From: Chiloscyllium plagiosum | Lineage: Eukaryota | NCBI RefSeq assembly: GCF_004010195.1 | Contig: NC_057719.1 | Span: 58,606,079-58,670,078 of the forward strand | DNA length: 64,000 nucleotides | Reading direction: 5' to 3' | Shown: in pieces, positions 50,811 through 63,132 of the stretch | Layout of the letters: each line of letters opens with the position of its first letter | Numbering within the stretch: the first letter of the stretch is position 1 | Made by a program: the position numbers and the translations under genes | The notes under the pieces: model-generated | What the model saw: only the letters and a program-made list of their open reading frames with translations | What the model was told of the DNA's origin: nothing | The model's database searches: none

Positions 50811-52212
50811 AAATGCCATAGATTATTAAGGGCTGGAAACTGTCGAACCTCTTGGGATGTGTGCCTCACAAAGGATATACATTATAAATTCAGAGTATTG
50901 AAGATGTATTGAGGCATCTCAAGTTGAAGCATAGCGTACAATTCTGTAATTTCTAAATTATATCATTTTTACCAGTAATGTTCACATCACATGAACAACT
51001 GAACAAAAGATTTCACTTCTTTATATTTTGGCACAATATGGGATCAGATGCCAGGAAAAATATATCTGCTATTACATTCTCTGATGAGATTCTTAACTTT
51101 TTTAAAAGAAAACAATGACCCAATAAGATTTCACATTTCAAGAACTTACTGTTTAAAATTGACTAAAAACAGGATTAACAAACCATTCTTTTCATAGCGT
51201 AATTTATCCTCATTGCTACAGAAACAAATTGTCCTTTTAACTTCTAAAACCCATTTGGAAGTGTCCTTAATACTGTCTCTTAAATAGTCACCCATTTTTC
51301 CAGTCCAAAGTGATCTTTTGTGCTTTCAAGGATTTAATTAAATTTCCAGCCAACTAATTCCAACCAAAGCTGTTGAAGGCTTTTCCTGGCGAGTTTCCCC
51401 TTGATTCAAGCTAAATGAATCTTCCACTCTCATTTCAACTCCTCACAAATTTGGTCTTTTCAAACTCCTCATGCATTTACTGTGCAATGGAACATAAAGA
51501 ATTTTGGCCTTCAGGTGGTCCCCCCCTTCCAAATCCTAGCAGACTAACTTAGCTTCAGGGCTATCTCAGACATCCTCCTCCCCCTCGAAGCTCATCTCCA
51601 TGTAATAATTAGCCATACTTAAGACTCAATCCCCTTCTTACCTGTATTGTTGGTACACCGCATGGACCACCACATCTGGCCAATCGCTCTCCCCAGAAGA
51701 ATGTCTTGCAACCATTCTGTGACATTCTTGACTTCAGTATAGAACATAGAACAATGCAGCGCAGAACAGGTCCTTCGGCCCTCGATGTTGCGCTGACCTG
51801 TGAATTATTCTTGGCTAGTCCCCCAAACTATCCCAAAATCATCCATGTGCTTATCTAAGGATTGTTTAAATCTCCCTAATGTGGCTGAGTTGACTACATT
51901 AGCAGGCAGGGCATTCCACGCCCTTACCACTCTCTGTATAAAGAATCTGCCTCTGACATCTGTCGTAAATCTATCACTCCTCAATTTGTAGTTATACCCT
52001 CTCGTACAAGCTGACATCATCATCCTAAGAAAAAGTCTTTCACTGTCTACCCTATCTAATCCTCTGATCATCTTGTATGTCTCTATCAAATCTCCCCTTA
52101 GCCTTCTTCTTTCCAATGAGAACAGACCCAAGTCTCTCAGCCTGTCCTCATAAGACCTTCCCTCCAGACCAGGCAACATCCTGGTAAATCTCCTCTGCAC
52201 CTTTTCCAATGC

Positions 52213-52219
52213 NNNNNNN
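52213..52219. other. Assembly gap (7 N)
   Basis: nnnnnnn in the sequence. Confidence 0.99.
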
Positions 52220-52353
52220 GCACTCCAAGATCCCTCTGCACATCCGCACTACCAAGAATCTTTCCATTGACCCAATACTCTGCCTTCCTGTTATTCTTCC
52301 CAAAGTGCATCACCTCACATTTAGCTGCATTAAACTCCATTTGCCACATTATA

Positions 52354-52664
52354 GGCGGCACGGTGGCACAGTGGTTAGCACTGCTGCCTCACAGCGCCTG
52401 AGACCTGGGTTCAATTCCCGCCTCAGGCGACTGACTGTGTGGAGTTTGCATGTTCTCCCCGTGTCTGCGTGGGTTTCCTCCGGGTGCTCCGGTTTCCTCC
52501 CACAATCCAAAGATGTGCAGGGTCAGGTGAATTGGCCATGCTAAATTGCCCGTAGTGTTAGGTAAGGAGTAAATGTAGGGGTATGCGTGGGTTTCGCTTC
52601 GGCGGGTCGGTGTGGACTTGTTGGGCCAAAGGGCCTGTTTCCACACTGTAATGTAATCTAATCT
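52354..52664 (+). mobile_element. HE1-type V-SINE inserted in CR1
   Basis: ggcggcacggtggcacagtggttagcactgctgcctcacagcgcc head with CpGs retained; V core; taatctaatct tail. Confidence 0.9.
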
Positions 52665-53135
52665 CAGCCCAATTCTGCAATTTATCCAAGTCCCCCTGCA
52701 ACCTATAACATTCTTCCAAACTGTCCACTACTACACCAACTTTAGTGTCATCTGCAAATTTACTAATCTATCCACCTATTCCTGCGTTTATAAAAATGAC
52801 AAACAGCAGTGGTCCCAAAACAGATCTTTGTGACACATCACTAGTAACTGGACTCCAGACTGAATATTTTCCATGAAATCAGGGAGGCAACATCCCATCC
52901 TGGATCTATGTTGTGGAAGTGCTTGTCTACCCTTCTAACTAATGAATCCTGTAGCGTAACTGCTCTTCCAATTTTCTTCTTTCCCTCCTATACAGACCTC
53001 GTAGTTGGAGAAACAACTTTGAGGATCTGTTTCCCTCATCAGTATTTAGAGTGGAAAATGGATTCTGAAGCAGTGGCCTTTGGAGACTGATGCACGACCT
53101 GCCTGGTTCTCTTGGCCATCGCCCATTTCTTATCT

Positions 53136-53390
53136 AGGTAAAAACAATGACTGCAGATGCTGGAAACCAGATTCTGGATTAGTGGTGCTGGAAGAGTACA
53201 GCAGTTCAGGCAGCATCCGAGGAGCAGTAAAATCGACGTTTCGGGCAAAAGCCCTTCATCAGGAATACAGGCCACCCTTCAGGCTCTCTGCCTTTATTCC
53301 TGATGAAGGGCTTTTGCCCGAAACGTCGATTTTACTGCTCGTCGGATGCTCCCTGAACTGCTGTGCTCTTCCAGCACCATTAATCCAGAA
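53136..53390. mobile_element. PLE-derived fold-back mini-element, family A, two intact hammerhead-like cores
   Basis: Inverted arms about 53172-53267 and 53295-53390; perfect 14-bp direct repeat cccatttcttatct at 53122-53135 and 53391-53404. Confidence 0.9.
53296..53331 (+). ncRNA. Minimal type-I hammerhead ribozyme motif (predicted)
   Basis: AUUC-CUGAUGA-A-GGGC-UUUU-GCCC-GAAAC-GUC^GAUU; identical core on the minus strand at 53232-53262. Confidence 0.7.
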
Positions 53391-54364
53391 CCCATTTCTT
53401 ATCTGCCTGCATTTTGCTCATCTGCAATACGCCTGCCTCTCTGATCATCCTACTTCAGTAATTTTCATCCTTGCAGATATAATCACAGCCTCAAGCCACC
53501 ACTTGAGTTTGAAAACATGGTTCTCAATTCTCCACAGCTGGTGATACTTTCTATACAACTATTCATTGAGATGGTGTGAAGTAACCAAAATTCTACACAT
53601 GCCACAGGAGGGCTTTCTGCCCTGATATAACATAAGTCTACTTTGTACTTTTGCCTTACAAAGGATAAATAGAATATCTGAGATTAATGGACTTGCATTT
53701 GCCTCTGACATAATTCTTGGATGCACTTTCTCAAAACTCAGCCTTCTCATCATCCCTGCCATGCAGCTTTTCATCTCCTGAAGACTGACAAAGATTTTAA
53801 AAAATGCATTCCTCCTTTCCTCATTGAATTCCCTTGCTGACCACACTTGCAGTGATTATGCTGTGTACCAACAGGACTAAACATTTCTTATTGATATTAC
53901 TGAGATTCAGGTGAGTCTTTCAATTACTATATTGGAATTAAGTGGACAGCCTAATGCATGACTGTTTACAACTTGACATTCTCAGCAACTTCCTAGCACT
54001 TTGAAGACAGCAAACCATTGTCTCCCACTGTAAATACCTTGTATCTTCTTCGCAGCATAACCACATGTGAATCCCTTTAATCTCTTAATAGTTATGTCAC
54101 TCAGGCCCATTGCTAGTTAAGAGTAGGTCACGTTACCCCCCTAAAGATACAGTCCCAAAATGTAACTATCTAATAAAACTTCACAGTTGTAACTCAGCTT
54201 TGGAAGAGGATAGCACAGATTCAGGAAAATCATTATATAGAACTTCTAGCACAGAAACAAACCATAGGGTTTAATTGTTTATGTTTGCACTTATGATCCA
54301 AAGCTGCCAGTGAATTAAAGTTAAGTAAGAAGGACAGTTTGCATTAAACGTAAGCTTATAGTTT

Positions 54365-55265
54365 ATGGAATACATGCTATGGTTTACAGAGCTTTGGTGG
54401 TTCCTACCCACCAATATGGCTCTGAGATGTGAACTGTCTGAAGGTGCTGGAGCAATACCACCAATGCGGCCTGCACAAGATCCTGCAAATCCGCTGGGAA
54501 GAAAGATGCACCAACACCCCAGCATCCTTGACCAGGCCAACATTCCTCTAGCATTGAGGCGCTGACTACCCTTGATCGGCTACATCTATATGACCGATAC
54601 AAGTCTCCCCAAGCAAGTGCTCTACTCCCAACTCCGAAACAGCAGGCAAGCCCCAGGTGAACAGAAGAAGTGCTTCAGTGATACCCTCAAGGCCTCACTA
54701 CAGCATTCCCACAGATATCTAGGAATCACTGGCCCGAGACCATCCAAAGTGTAGAAGGAGCATCTAGGAAGGCATTGAGCACTTCAAGACTTGTTGTCAG
54801 GGAAAAGTAGAAGCCAGGTGAACAAAGTTAAAAATCGCACCACATCAGATTATAGTCCAACAGGTTTATTTGGAGGCACTAGCTTTTGAAGTGCTGCTTC
54901 TTAATTAGTGACCACCACCTGATGAAGAAGCAGCACTTCAAAAGCTAGTGCCTCCAAATAAACCTTTCGGACTATAGCCTGGTGTTGTGTGATTTTTAAC
55001 TTTGTTCACCTGGCTTCTACTTTGTGTAAATTTTGACTTTGTCCATCCTAGTACAACACCAGCATCTCCAAATCAAGCCAGGTGAAAATAGCATAATGAG
55101 CACACTGCCACACTGATGCTCCATCCACCCCTTCCCACAACCACCTTCTGCCCCAAGTGGAACAGAGCCTGCGGAAGCCACATCAGTCTGTACAGCCACC
55201 AATGGACTCACCCTGAGAGTGGAAGAGTGTCATCCTCATCTGTGTGGCACTGCCAGTATTAATGA
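54365..55265 (+). mobile_element. RTE-clade LINE 3' part
   Basis: HQYGSEM, SILDQANIP and MTDTSLPKQVLYSQLRNSRQAPGEQKKCFSDTLKASL; tail ending in tgatga. Confidence 0.8.
54823..55074. mobile_element. PLE family B fold-back element with rearranged right junction
   Basis: 12-bp direct repeat aagccaggtgaa at 54811-54822 and 55075-55086; hammerhead-like motif at 54916-54950. Confidence 0.82.
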
Positions 55266-58200
55266 TGACAAGGTTGCAGATTAATATAATATAAGTATCT
55301 CAAAGGATTTGTTGGAGTTGATACAGAATATCTGTTGCTTCTATTTGAAGAACCTAGAACAGAAGGACACTTTTTTTAAAAAATTATAAAATTAGAGTCC
55401 ATCAGGAGGTGAAATAATGAAGCACATTTTTCACACAGGTGTTGGAGCTGAAGGTTGGATATTTGGAACTCCTGCACAAACAAAACAATTAGTTATATTT
55501 GTAAAGCAGGGCTATCAAAATGTTTGAATGAAAGGCAGATAAAAGATGTTAAAACAATAACACTTTAATTGAATGATGGAACAGATGTAAAGGTCTGAAT
55601 GGTTTACTCCTATTTCTAAATTACTATTATCCCCCTATCTGCTAGCTCCCTGCCTAACCTTTGCTTTGAACTGGCTCTTCCTTTCATTTCTGACTCATCC
55701 TATGATCAGATTCAAGTGCGGAAATGAATTTCGCAACTTGTTATAGCAGGATATGAACTCTCACACTCCAGGGTTGCTTGATCAGTTCCAAAACCATCTG
55801 ATGCAAGACTTATTAATTACATTGTTGTGTGAGATGATTGAAATTTTATTAGAGTTCTCCATAGACATAATAGAACAAGTATTTGATTGATTCATAAAAA
55901 AGAAATAAAAGTATTTTTCTGGCCATCCCATCTAAATGAATGGATAACTTCGCTGCAGAAATAACAACCCAGATCAGTTTTCCATCTAAAAGTATAATGT
56001 AAGATGTATAGAAACACCATCACCTCCAAGTTTCCCTCTAAGTCAGACAGCATCCTGACTTGAAAGTGTCAAAGGAGTCTTATATTGGAGTCAAAATGTT
56101 AAGTATATTTCTCTTTACACAGATGTTGCCAAATCTGCTAGAGATTTACAACATTTCTCTTTGTACTTGAAATGATATCACATTTCCCTCACTGTTTCCA
56201 CATTAAAATTCCAGAGTATCATCCTTGACTGTACTGTGTGTGTACGTACACCATGTAGATTTGGCAATTCAAGAAGGTGGCTTGCTACCATCTTCATATT
56301 CCCTTAATACTACTTTTCCAGTCAAATGTCAATTGTATAATTTTGTTCTTTCTTTCCTTCCTTCCCTTCTTTTCTTTCCTTTCCTTCTCATTCATTTGCT
56401 TTATCAGCCCTTCTCAAGCGAAAATAAGAACTTGAAAGCATTTTTCAACATACATTTAATAAAGTTCTAATGTTCATGCACGAGCTTGCTTTGGAATTGT
56501 TTTGGATAAATATAATAACTCATGACTACTGTCACTGTGATTAGCTGAGACATTCATAATCACGCATGCTTTAAGATTCATCACCAGAAATAAAATATTT
56601 TGTTAAATTGTGCAATGTTATTGTGAAATACTTAACTTTTAATTTTTATTAAATTAGAATTCTTATTTAAACCCTCTGTAAAAGAAAACTGACAGGACAA
56701 ACTGTTTGTCTAAAACTGTATTTAGCAATTTGCTTCATTGTCTATTGCAGACATTACGTATGGTAGACAACAACATGTGCAGGATAAATCGTTTTAGTAT
56801 ATATATTGCAGGATCTGATTTGTACCTTCTGCAGTACCTATACTAATATTCTATATTATTTCTACTCTAAGCTCCTAAATGATGCACTGCTCCAAGGAAT
56901 GTGTGCACATTATGGACAATTTGCAGGTCATTTATTGTATTGCAGTCACATGAGTGTCTCTGATCCAGTTTTGGGCAGTATCTTGTGTTGTGTAGAGGCA
57001 ACATCAGACAAATGAATTAGCGAAGTCCTGCATGTTGTATTTTAAGCCAGATGACCATGTCTACCAGTTCCGCCTTTTAAACACAGTGGGTGAAACATTT
57101 AAATGATGGAGGCACTGGTGAGTCAGTTGGCAAAATAGGGTGAGAACAGCAGAAATAAGATTCTCGATATCAAGAAGAATATCTCATTCTCTAGTGTTGA
57201 ACGCCAAGAGGTGATCTTGCTAATAAATGGTGAGAGGCCTATTTGCAATCGTTTGAATTATTACCTAATCTGACCTCATTGATGTGCTGTTTCCCATTCT
57301 CCCATCTGAGACAGTGGAAATTATAGATATGCAAATCAGAATGGTCAAGTGGCAGCTTCAGATTGCTGCATACTCTTCCAGTCCTCCTTTTGGACAACAA
57401 ACACCAACATCTCAGGGTCAGTCAGGAAGGTGACTGCCTGCATTCCTGTCTGCAGATGTTGGCATTGGGCACACAGCAACCTCACCATATGACAAATTTC
57501 TGACCCATTTTGTGACATGTGATTCTGCATTTTGTTGCTGAACTTAACAGCACACCAACAGCTTTGAGATAACGAGTTGGCCGGCCATTTTGCATGCAGG
57601 GACAGGCACCCAATTCTCAGATTAGGCCAAGATGTATCTCAGGGCTCCTCACCTGCTCTCATAGAGCTCAATCACTTTGTGTTTGCTTAGACCCTCACAG
57701 AATCCCTGTCTTGCTTTAAGTTGCGTATTTACACTTTGCCACTTTAACCAGAGCTTGAAAGCTCTCAGTACTTATGACTTAATTCCAACATAATTGCAGA
57801 TGCAGAACCAGGAAGCTTGACTTGGTTGTCAACGGTGATCAGTCAGGTTAGGGCTTATGTTGCATAGCACCATGTTTCATCAATCTCACACCTGCACCAT
57901 GTGCCAGCAGCATAGATGGTAAACACAATACATATGCTTCAAGCAAATGGTCATGTTTCAAAGTTAAAAGGGAGTAGTCTTCAGTCAACTCAAGGAAAGC
58001 AATCTTTAGTCAGGGAACTCTGGCACAGTGGTCCCTTGCACTATCAGGCTTGGATAGTCAAAACCAGGAGGTTTGTATCATTACAATACCGGTTGTAGTT
58101 AGCTCCCAGGTCCAGTACAATGAGTCCGAGAGTCACAATAAGTCAATCAGGGGTCTACAGAAAAGATCTGTTAGCTGTCTAGTGAGGGCTCTGGGTTTAA

Positions 58201-58291
58201 GTTGTGAAGTAGGTGGACCAGTCTTGAAGGTTTATTCATTGAAAGTCAAGGAGGTTGTCAGGGTCACTGGCATGGTAAACTGGAAAATTGT

Positions 58292-58510
58292 GGAGGCAAT
58301 GGTGTAGTGATATTGTCACGAGAAGAGTAATTCAAACACTCAGGTAATGTCCTGGGGACCAGCTTTTGAATCACACCCTGACAGATAGTGGAATGGAATT
58401 CTGTAAAATATCTGAAATTAAAAATCTAACAATGACCATAAAACCAATGGTTGTTGTAAAAACCCATTTGATTCCCTAATGTCTTTTAAGGAAGTAAAGC
58501 TGTCATCGTT
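58292..58510 (+). mobile_element. tRNA-headed SINE / LINE-B 5' region
   Basis: ggaggcaatggtgtagtga head; homologous to 22240-22520 and 17660-18040. Confidence 0.65.
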
Positions 58511-58844
58511 GGTATTGAGTTACGCCCTTTTCTTAAATATATTTTAATTGAAAAACATAGATTTTTTTATTATTACAATAAATAAAAAACAATACAATTC
58601 AAAATAGTACAAAAAAACACAAGAAAAAAAGTTAAAAAAAAACCCAACCTGCCCTCATGTACAAATGTATAAATATATACAGAAAAATATATAATTAAAA
58701 ACCCAACTAACTATTTAACTAAACAAATAATAACTAACAATAAACTAATAAATAGTAATAACTCAAATCAGCCAATCAAGACAGTCATACGTTCACAGTT
58801 TCTCTTCCCTGGATATTGGACTCGTAAAACACAATCATTACATC

Positions 58845-61800
58845 TAAAGAAGCCCTTATTAGTGTGGCAGATAAATTTGTGTCCAGGTATTCCAAAAATG
58901 GCTGCCATGTCTTATAAAAATTCTCAGTTTTAAGGTGTACCATATTTGTGAAAAAATCCAAGGAAATATGCTCCATAACAATCTTTTGCAAACCCAACAG
59001 GCCCGGAGGGGTTTCGGATTCCCAACCTAACAAGATATTCTTTCTTACGCAAAAAGTGAGGATATTGAAAAGTTTTTTCTTATGTGTATCTGCAGGGAAC
59101 ACACTGGGCTGACAGAAGAAAAGAGATTGGGTCCTTTTCCACCCTTACACCCAAAAGTCTCTCCATTGCACCTGCCACAGTTCTCCAGTATGTTTGAAGC
59201 CTACCACAAGACCAGAGACAATGGGTGAGAGTGCCCATACAGACCTTGCACTTGGGACATGTTGAAGATACCCCTGCTTTAAATTTTGACAAATACTCCG
59301 GAGCCAAGTAGACCCTATGGAGAATCTTCAACTGTAAAGCATGGGTCCTATTACAAATTGATATCTTTCTTGCGTTTCCCAAATATCTTCCCATGCGTCT
59401 GAGGAGACTTCGACACCTAGCTCTCTCTCCCACACCCTGCAGAGTTGATCGAACTCATCTGAGGGGTACCCCCCCCCCCCCCAATTAATAATATAAACTA
59501 CTGACAGAAAATGTACTCTTAGCACAGAGTACCCTCCTCTCTATGTCGGATCTATAGGGATCAATCAAAAGTGTAGTCTTTTTTTGAATAAAATCCCTAA
59601 CTTGAAAAAAAAACTAAAGGGGTTCTTGTTAGATAGCTCGTATTTCCGTGCTAACCGGTTGAAGGACATCATTGTGTCTCCCTCAGATAAATCACCCATG
59701 CAAGACACACCCCTAGCTGCTCAATGTTTGAATCCTAAATATATCATCCCCGGTTGAAAACCCAGCATACCCACTATAGGTGTAAAAGAAGATGTCTTGC
59801 CAATATTGCCTTCCCTCTGCTGGATTGCCCTCCAAGCCTTAACAGTATTGATAACTATTGGGTTAACTATTCCCTAACTGTCCTCATTTTGTCCAGAAAC
59901 AGCAAGCCAGTAAGGGGGCACCTTGCCTGGAAGGCTTCAATATCTAACCATATTGAAAGCGGGTCCCCACAGGCCCAATCACTCACCTAAGATAAAATCA
60001 AGCTTAGTTGGTAGCTTTTAATGTCTGGGAGATCCACTCCCCCCAATCTGTGAGGCAGTTGCAGTTCAGCTAATTTAATGAAGGGCCAAATAAAGGAGCT
60101 GAACCAGCCATACAGTCTCCTGAATGTTTGCTTATTGAAAATCAAGAGGAGAATCCTTATAGGGTACAATAAACAGGAGAGGATATTCATCTTAATAAGC
60201 ACTATCCGACCCAACCACGAGACCGGAAGCGCCTACCATCTTTGAGGGTCTTGTTTGATTATGTCAAATAATTGAACAAAATTGGCTTTGAACAACCGAT
60301 CCAGAACTGGAGTAATGAATATGCCCAAATACACAAAACTCCACTGTGACCACTTAAATGGGAATGGATAATCACCCTCAATACCTAGCACCTTTGTAAG
60401 ACCACCCATAGGCATAGCCTCTGATTTTGTAAGATCAATCTTGTATTCTGAAAAGGCGCCAAACATGCTGATGCATTCTATCAGGCGAAGCACTGAAACT
60501 GCTGGATTTGACAGAAGAATTAGGATATCGTCCACATACAACAAAATCTTATGTAATTTTGACCCCACTTCTGGAGCTGATATATTAGGATCCCTAGGAA
60601 TAGCCTCCGCTAATGGTTCAATCACCCATAAAAAGCAGTGGCGAAAAGGGACAGCCCTGCCGGCTGCCCCTAAAAATTGTTAAAATTGCTTGATTGTATC
60701 CCGTTGATGGTGAACACAGTGAGAGGGTCACTGTAGAGAACCATCACCCATCTTATAAAGATTTCATCCAAACCAAACCACTCCAGAGTATAGAAATGGT
60801 ACAGCCACACAACTCAGTCAAATGCCTTCTCTGCATTTAGAGAAATCACCAATCCCTGCATTGACTGTTGTTGACATGCTTGAATTACATTAACCAGCCT
60901 CCTAAGATTATTGGAGGATCTGCAGCCCTTTATGAAGCCCGTCTGATCCTCTTTAACAATAGAAGGTAACGCAGTCTTCAGCCTTAACGGAGAGTCTTAG
61001 AGAGGATTTTGAAGTCCACATTTAAAAGTGAAAGGGCCTGTATGAAGCACAGTCCTCCAAGACCTTCCCTTTTTTAAGAATGAGTGAAATATTGGCCTCT
61101 CTCAGAGATGGTGGGAAACAATCATGGCTGTATGAGTCATTAAATATATTAAGCACTGAGCCTGATAATGTGTTTATAAATTCCTTATAGATCTCGCTGG
61201 GAAGTCTGTCAGGACTGGGCGCCTTTCCACTCTGAAGCTGCTGCACAGCCACCTGCACCTTTTGCTCTGATAAGGAGGCATTGAGAAAGGACTCTTGTTC
61301 GGGGGTCACGCCCAGGAGCTCCAGATCCTTAAAAAAAGATTCAATTTTGACTGCCCCACCTCACAACCCTCAGATTGGGATACCTTAGAGTAAAATCTCT
61401 GGAATGCCACATTAATCTTTTTGGAGTCACATGTTAGGCTCCCAGACCCTTCCCTAATCGCCGTGATGGCTTGTAGGGCACTCCTTTTCCGGGTGAGATA
61501 TGCTAGGTACTTGCCTGGCTTGTCACCATGCTCATGGTGCTTTTCAAAACCTTTGCTTTTCAAAAGTGAGCTCCTTCTTTGCAATCTGCATGAGCATGAA
61601 ATTCAGTGCAGACTGTAGTATCCTCTGTAGCTTGACCAACAAGGGCCTGTCAAAGGAAGCCTTCTCGGCTGCCTTCAACCGTGTTTCGAGGAGACGTTGC
61701 TGCTCACACTTCTGCCACTTCTTACTGGTAGAATAAGAAATAACTAAATCCCTGGCATAGGCTTTGGCATTTTCCCAAATGATGGATGGGCTACTAACTG

Positions 61801-62618
61801 AGCCTGAGTTAATGTCTAGGAACACTTGAAATTCCCTAGGGAAATAATCCACCAATTTATTATCCTTGAGGATAAAGGGATCCATTCACCAGTGCCTCGA
61901 ACCCACTGTAACATCCTTAATCTTAACTAACAGGTACACTGGAGCGTGATCAGAGATGGTAATATTACCAATCGTACAAGATGCCACCAAGTCCAGGGTT
62001 TCCACGAGGTCAGATAAAAATCAATCTGGTGTGACATCTGCATGGATTGGAAAAAACGTAAAATCCCTGCCTGTAGGGTGGAGACACCTCCAGACGTCCA
62101 AACACAGGTCCACTAATTGTTTAGTTTGTTAGGAGGGTATCGAGGGGTCTTTGGGCAACCTGTCCACTGTGGGACCCATGAGACAGTTGAAATCTCCCCC
62201 TATAATGATATGCCGGGACTCAAGACTGATTAGTTTCGAAAACGCATCTACCAAACATTTGAGGGGATGAGCTGGAGGGCAATAAACATTTAAAACACCG
62301 TATTCTTCCCCTTTTATCAGGGCTTTAAGAATTACAAACCTCCCATGTGTGTCTTAACACACTCTAATAACTTAAATGGGAGATTCCTCCTAACCAATAG
62401 AGCCACTCCCTTACTTGTGGTATTAAATGCTGAAAAGAAAACCCGATCAAAGCCATTCTGCTGTAGTTTCAAATACTCCCTATCATTAAAATGTCTCTCC
62501 TGTAACAAAGCAATATCCACTTTCTCCTTTCTAAGACTCAAAAGTACCTTCTTCATTTTAATTGAGAGTGATTCCCCTTGATATTCCAGGTACACCATTT
62601 AATCAAGTCCTTAGCCAT
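58845..62618 (-). pseudogene. L1 ORF2 (APE endonuclease, RT, CCHC), frameshifted
   Basis: MAKDLIKWCTWNIKG, DIALLQE, GGDFN, SDHAP, GKAPSPD, LLYVDDIL, YLGI and CPKCK..GTLTHCLWSC, split over many short ORFs. Confidence 0.9.
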
Positions 62619-63132
62619 AACCTACTGCAGTAACATTTAAACTCCAAAGAGGAGGAACTCGAACCATAAATCGCTGAGCCTTAGTGTCACATGATCCTAC
62701 AAAACTACATAAACTAAAACCACTACATTTAACACACCTACAAAAGTAGCAAAGATTAAAAACAACAAAAACCAAACAACAAATCAACATATAAAACGCC
62801 AACAGTGCTGAATAGGGGAATTCACCCCCCTGCCCAAAGAGAGCAACTACCCATCCCAAACTGCGCATAAGTAGGCAGCTAGCCATCCCAACAATATGAA
62901 TAAAGATTTTTTTTAAAAGAAAAAAGGGGTACATACCCCATCTATCCTTTGGTATAACTTAACTTAGAAATTGAAAGTACACATCTCAACCGCTGCCAAA
63001 CATAGTTTAAACCAAATTATTACCAATAAAAAAGAAGAAAAGAAAGCTCCAACTGGACGTTCTCTGTTTTTCTTAAAAAAAAACAAAGACATATCCAAAC
63101 AACACTACTATCTGTATACTAAATTGTTCAGA

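Larger units (their letters stand above)
51740..52875 (-). mobile_element. Young CR1 LINE fragment with assembly gap and SINE insertion
   Basis: EKVQRRFTRMLPGLEGRSYEDRLRDLGLFSLERRRLRGDLIETYK, WQMEFNAAKCEVMHFG and SKFADDTKV; tail tagaacatagaaca. Confidence 0.9.

Noticed and set aside
53080..53544. 154-aa ORF and the recurring peptides IPDEGLLPETSI and VKNHTTPGYSPTGL
   Set aside because: Chance translations of the PLE fold-back repeats; they recur because the DNA repeats.
12198..55074. Recurrent palindromic units as a CRISPR array or MITEs
   Set aside because: They are dispersed with no regular spacers and no cas genes in a eukaryotic context; asymmetric ends, long variable TSDs and PLE homology argue against DNA-transposon MITEs.
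56065..56165. Further decayed PLE family C-like piece
   Set aside because: The tail resembles family C (cacagatgttgccaaatctgct) but the hammerhead core is unrecognisable, so it was not counted.
57400..57600. Possible Harbinger Myb/SANT ORF remnant (also 43300-43480)
   Set aside because: Only a few residues resemble the motif; too weak to call.
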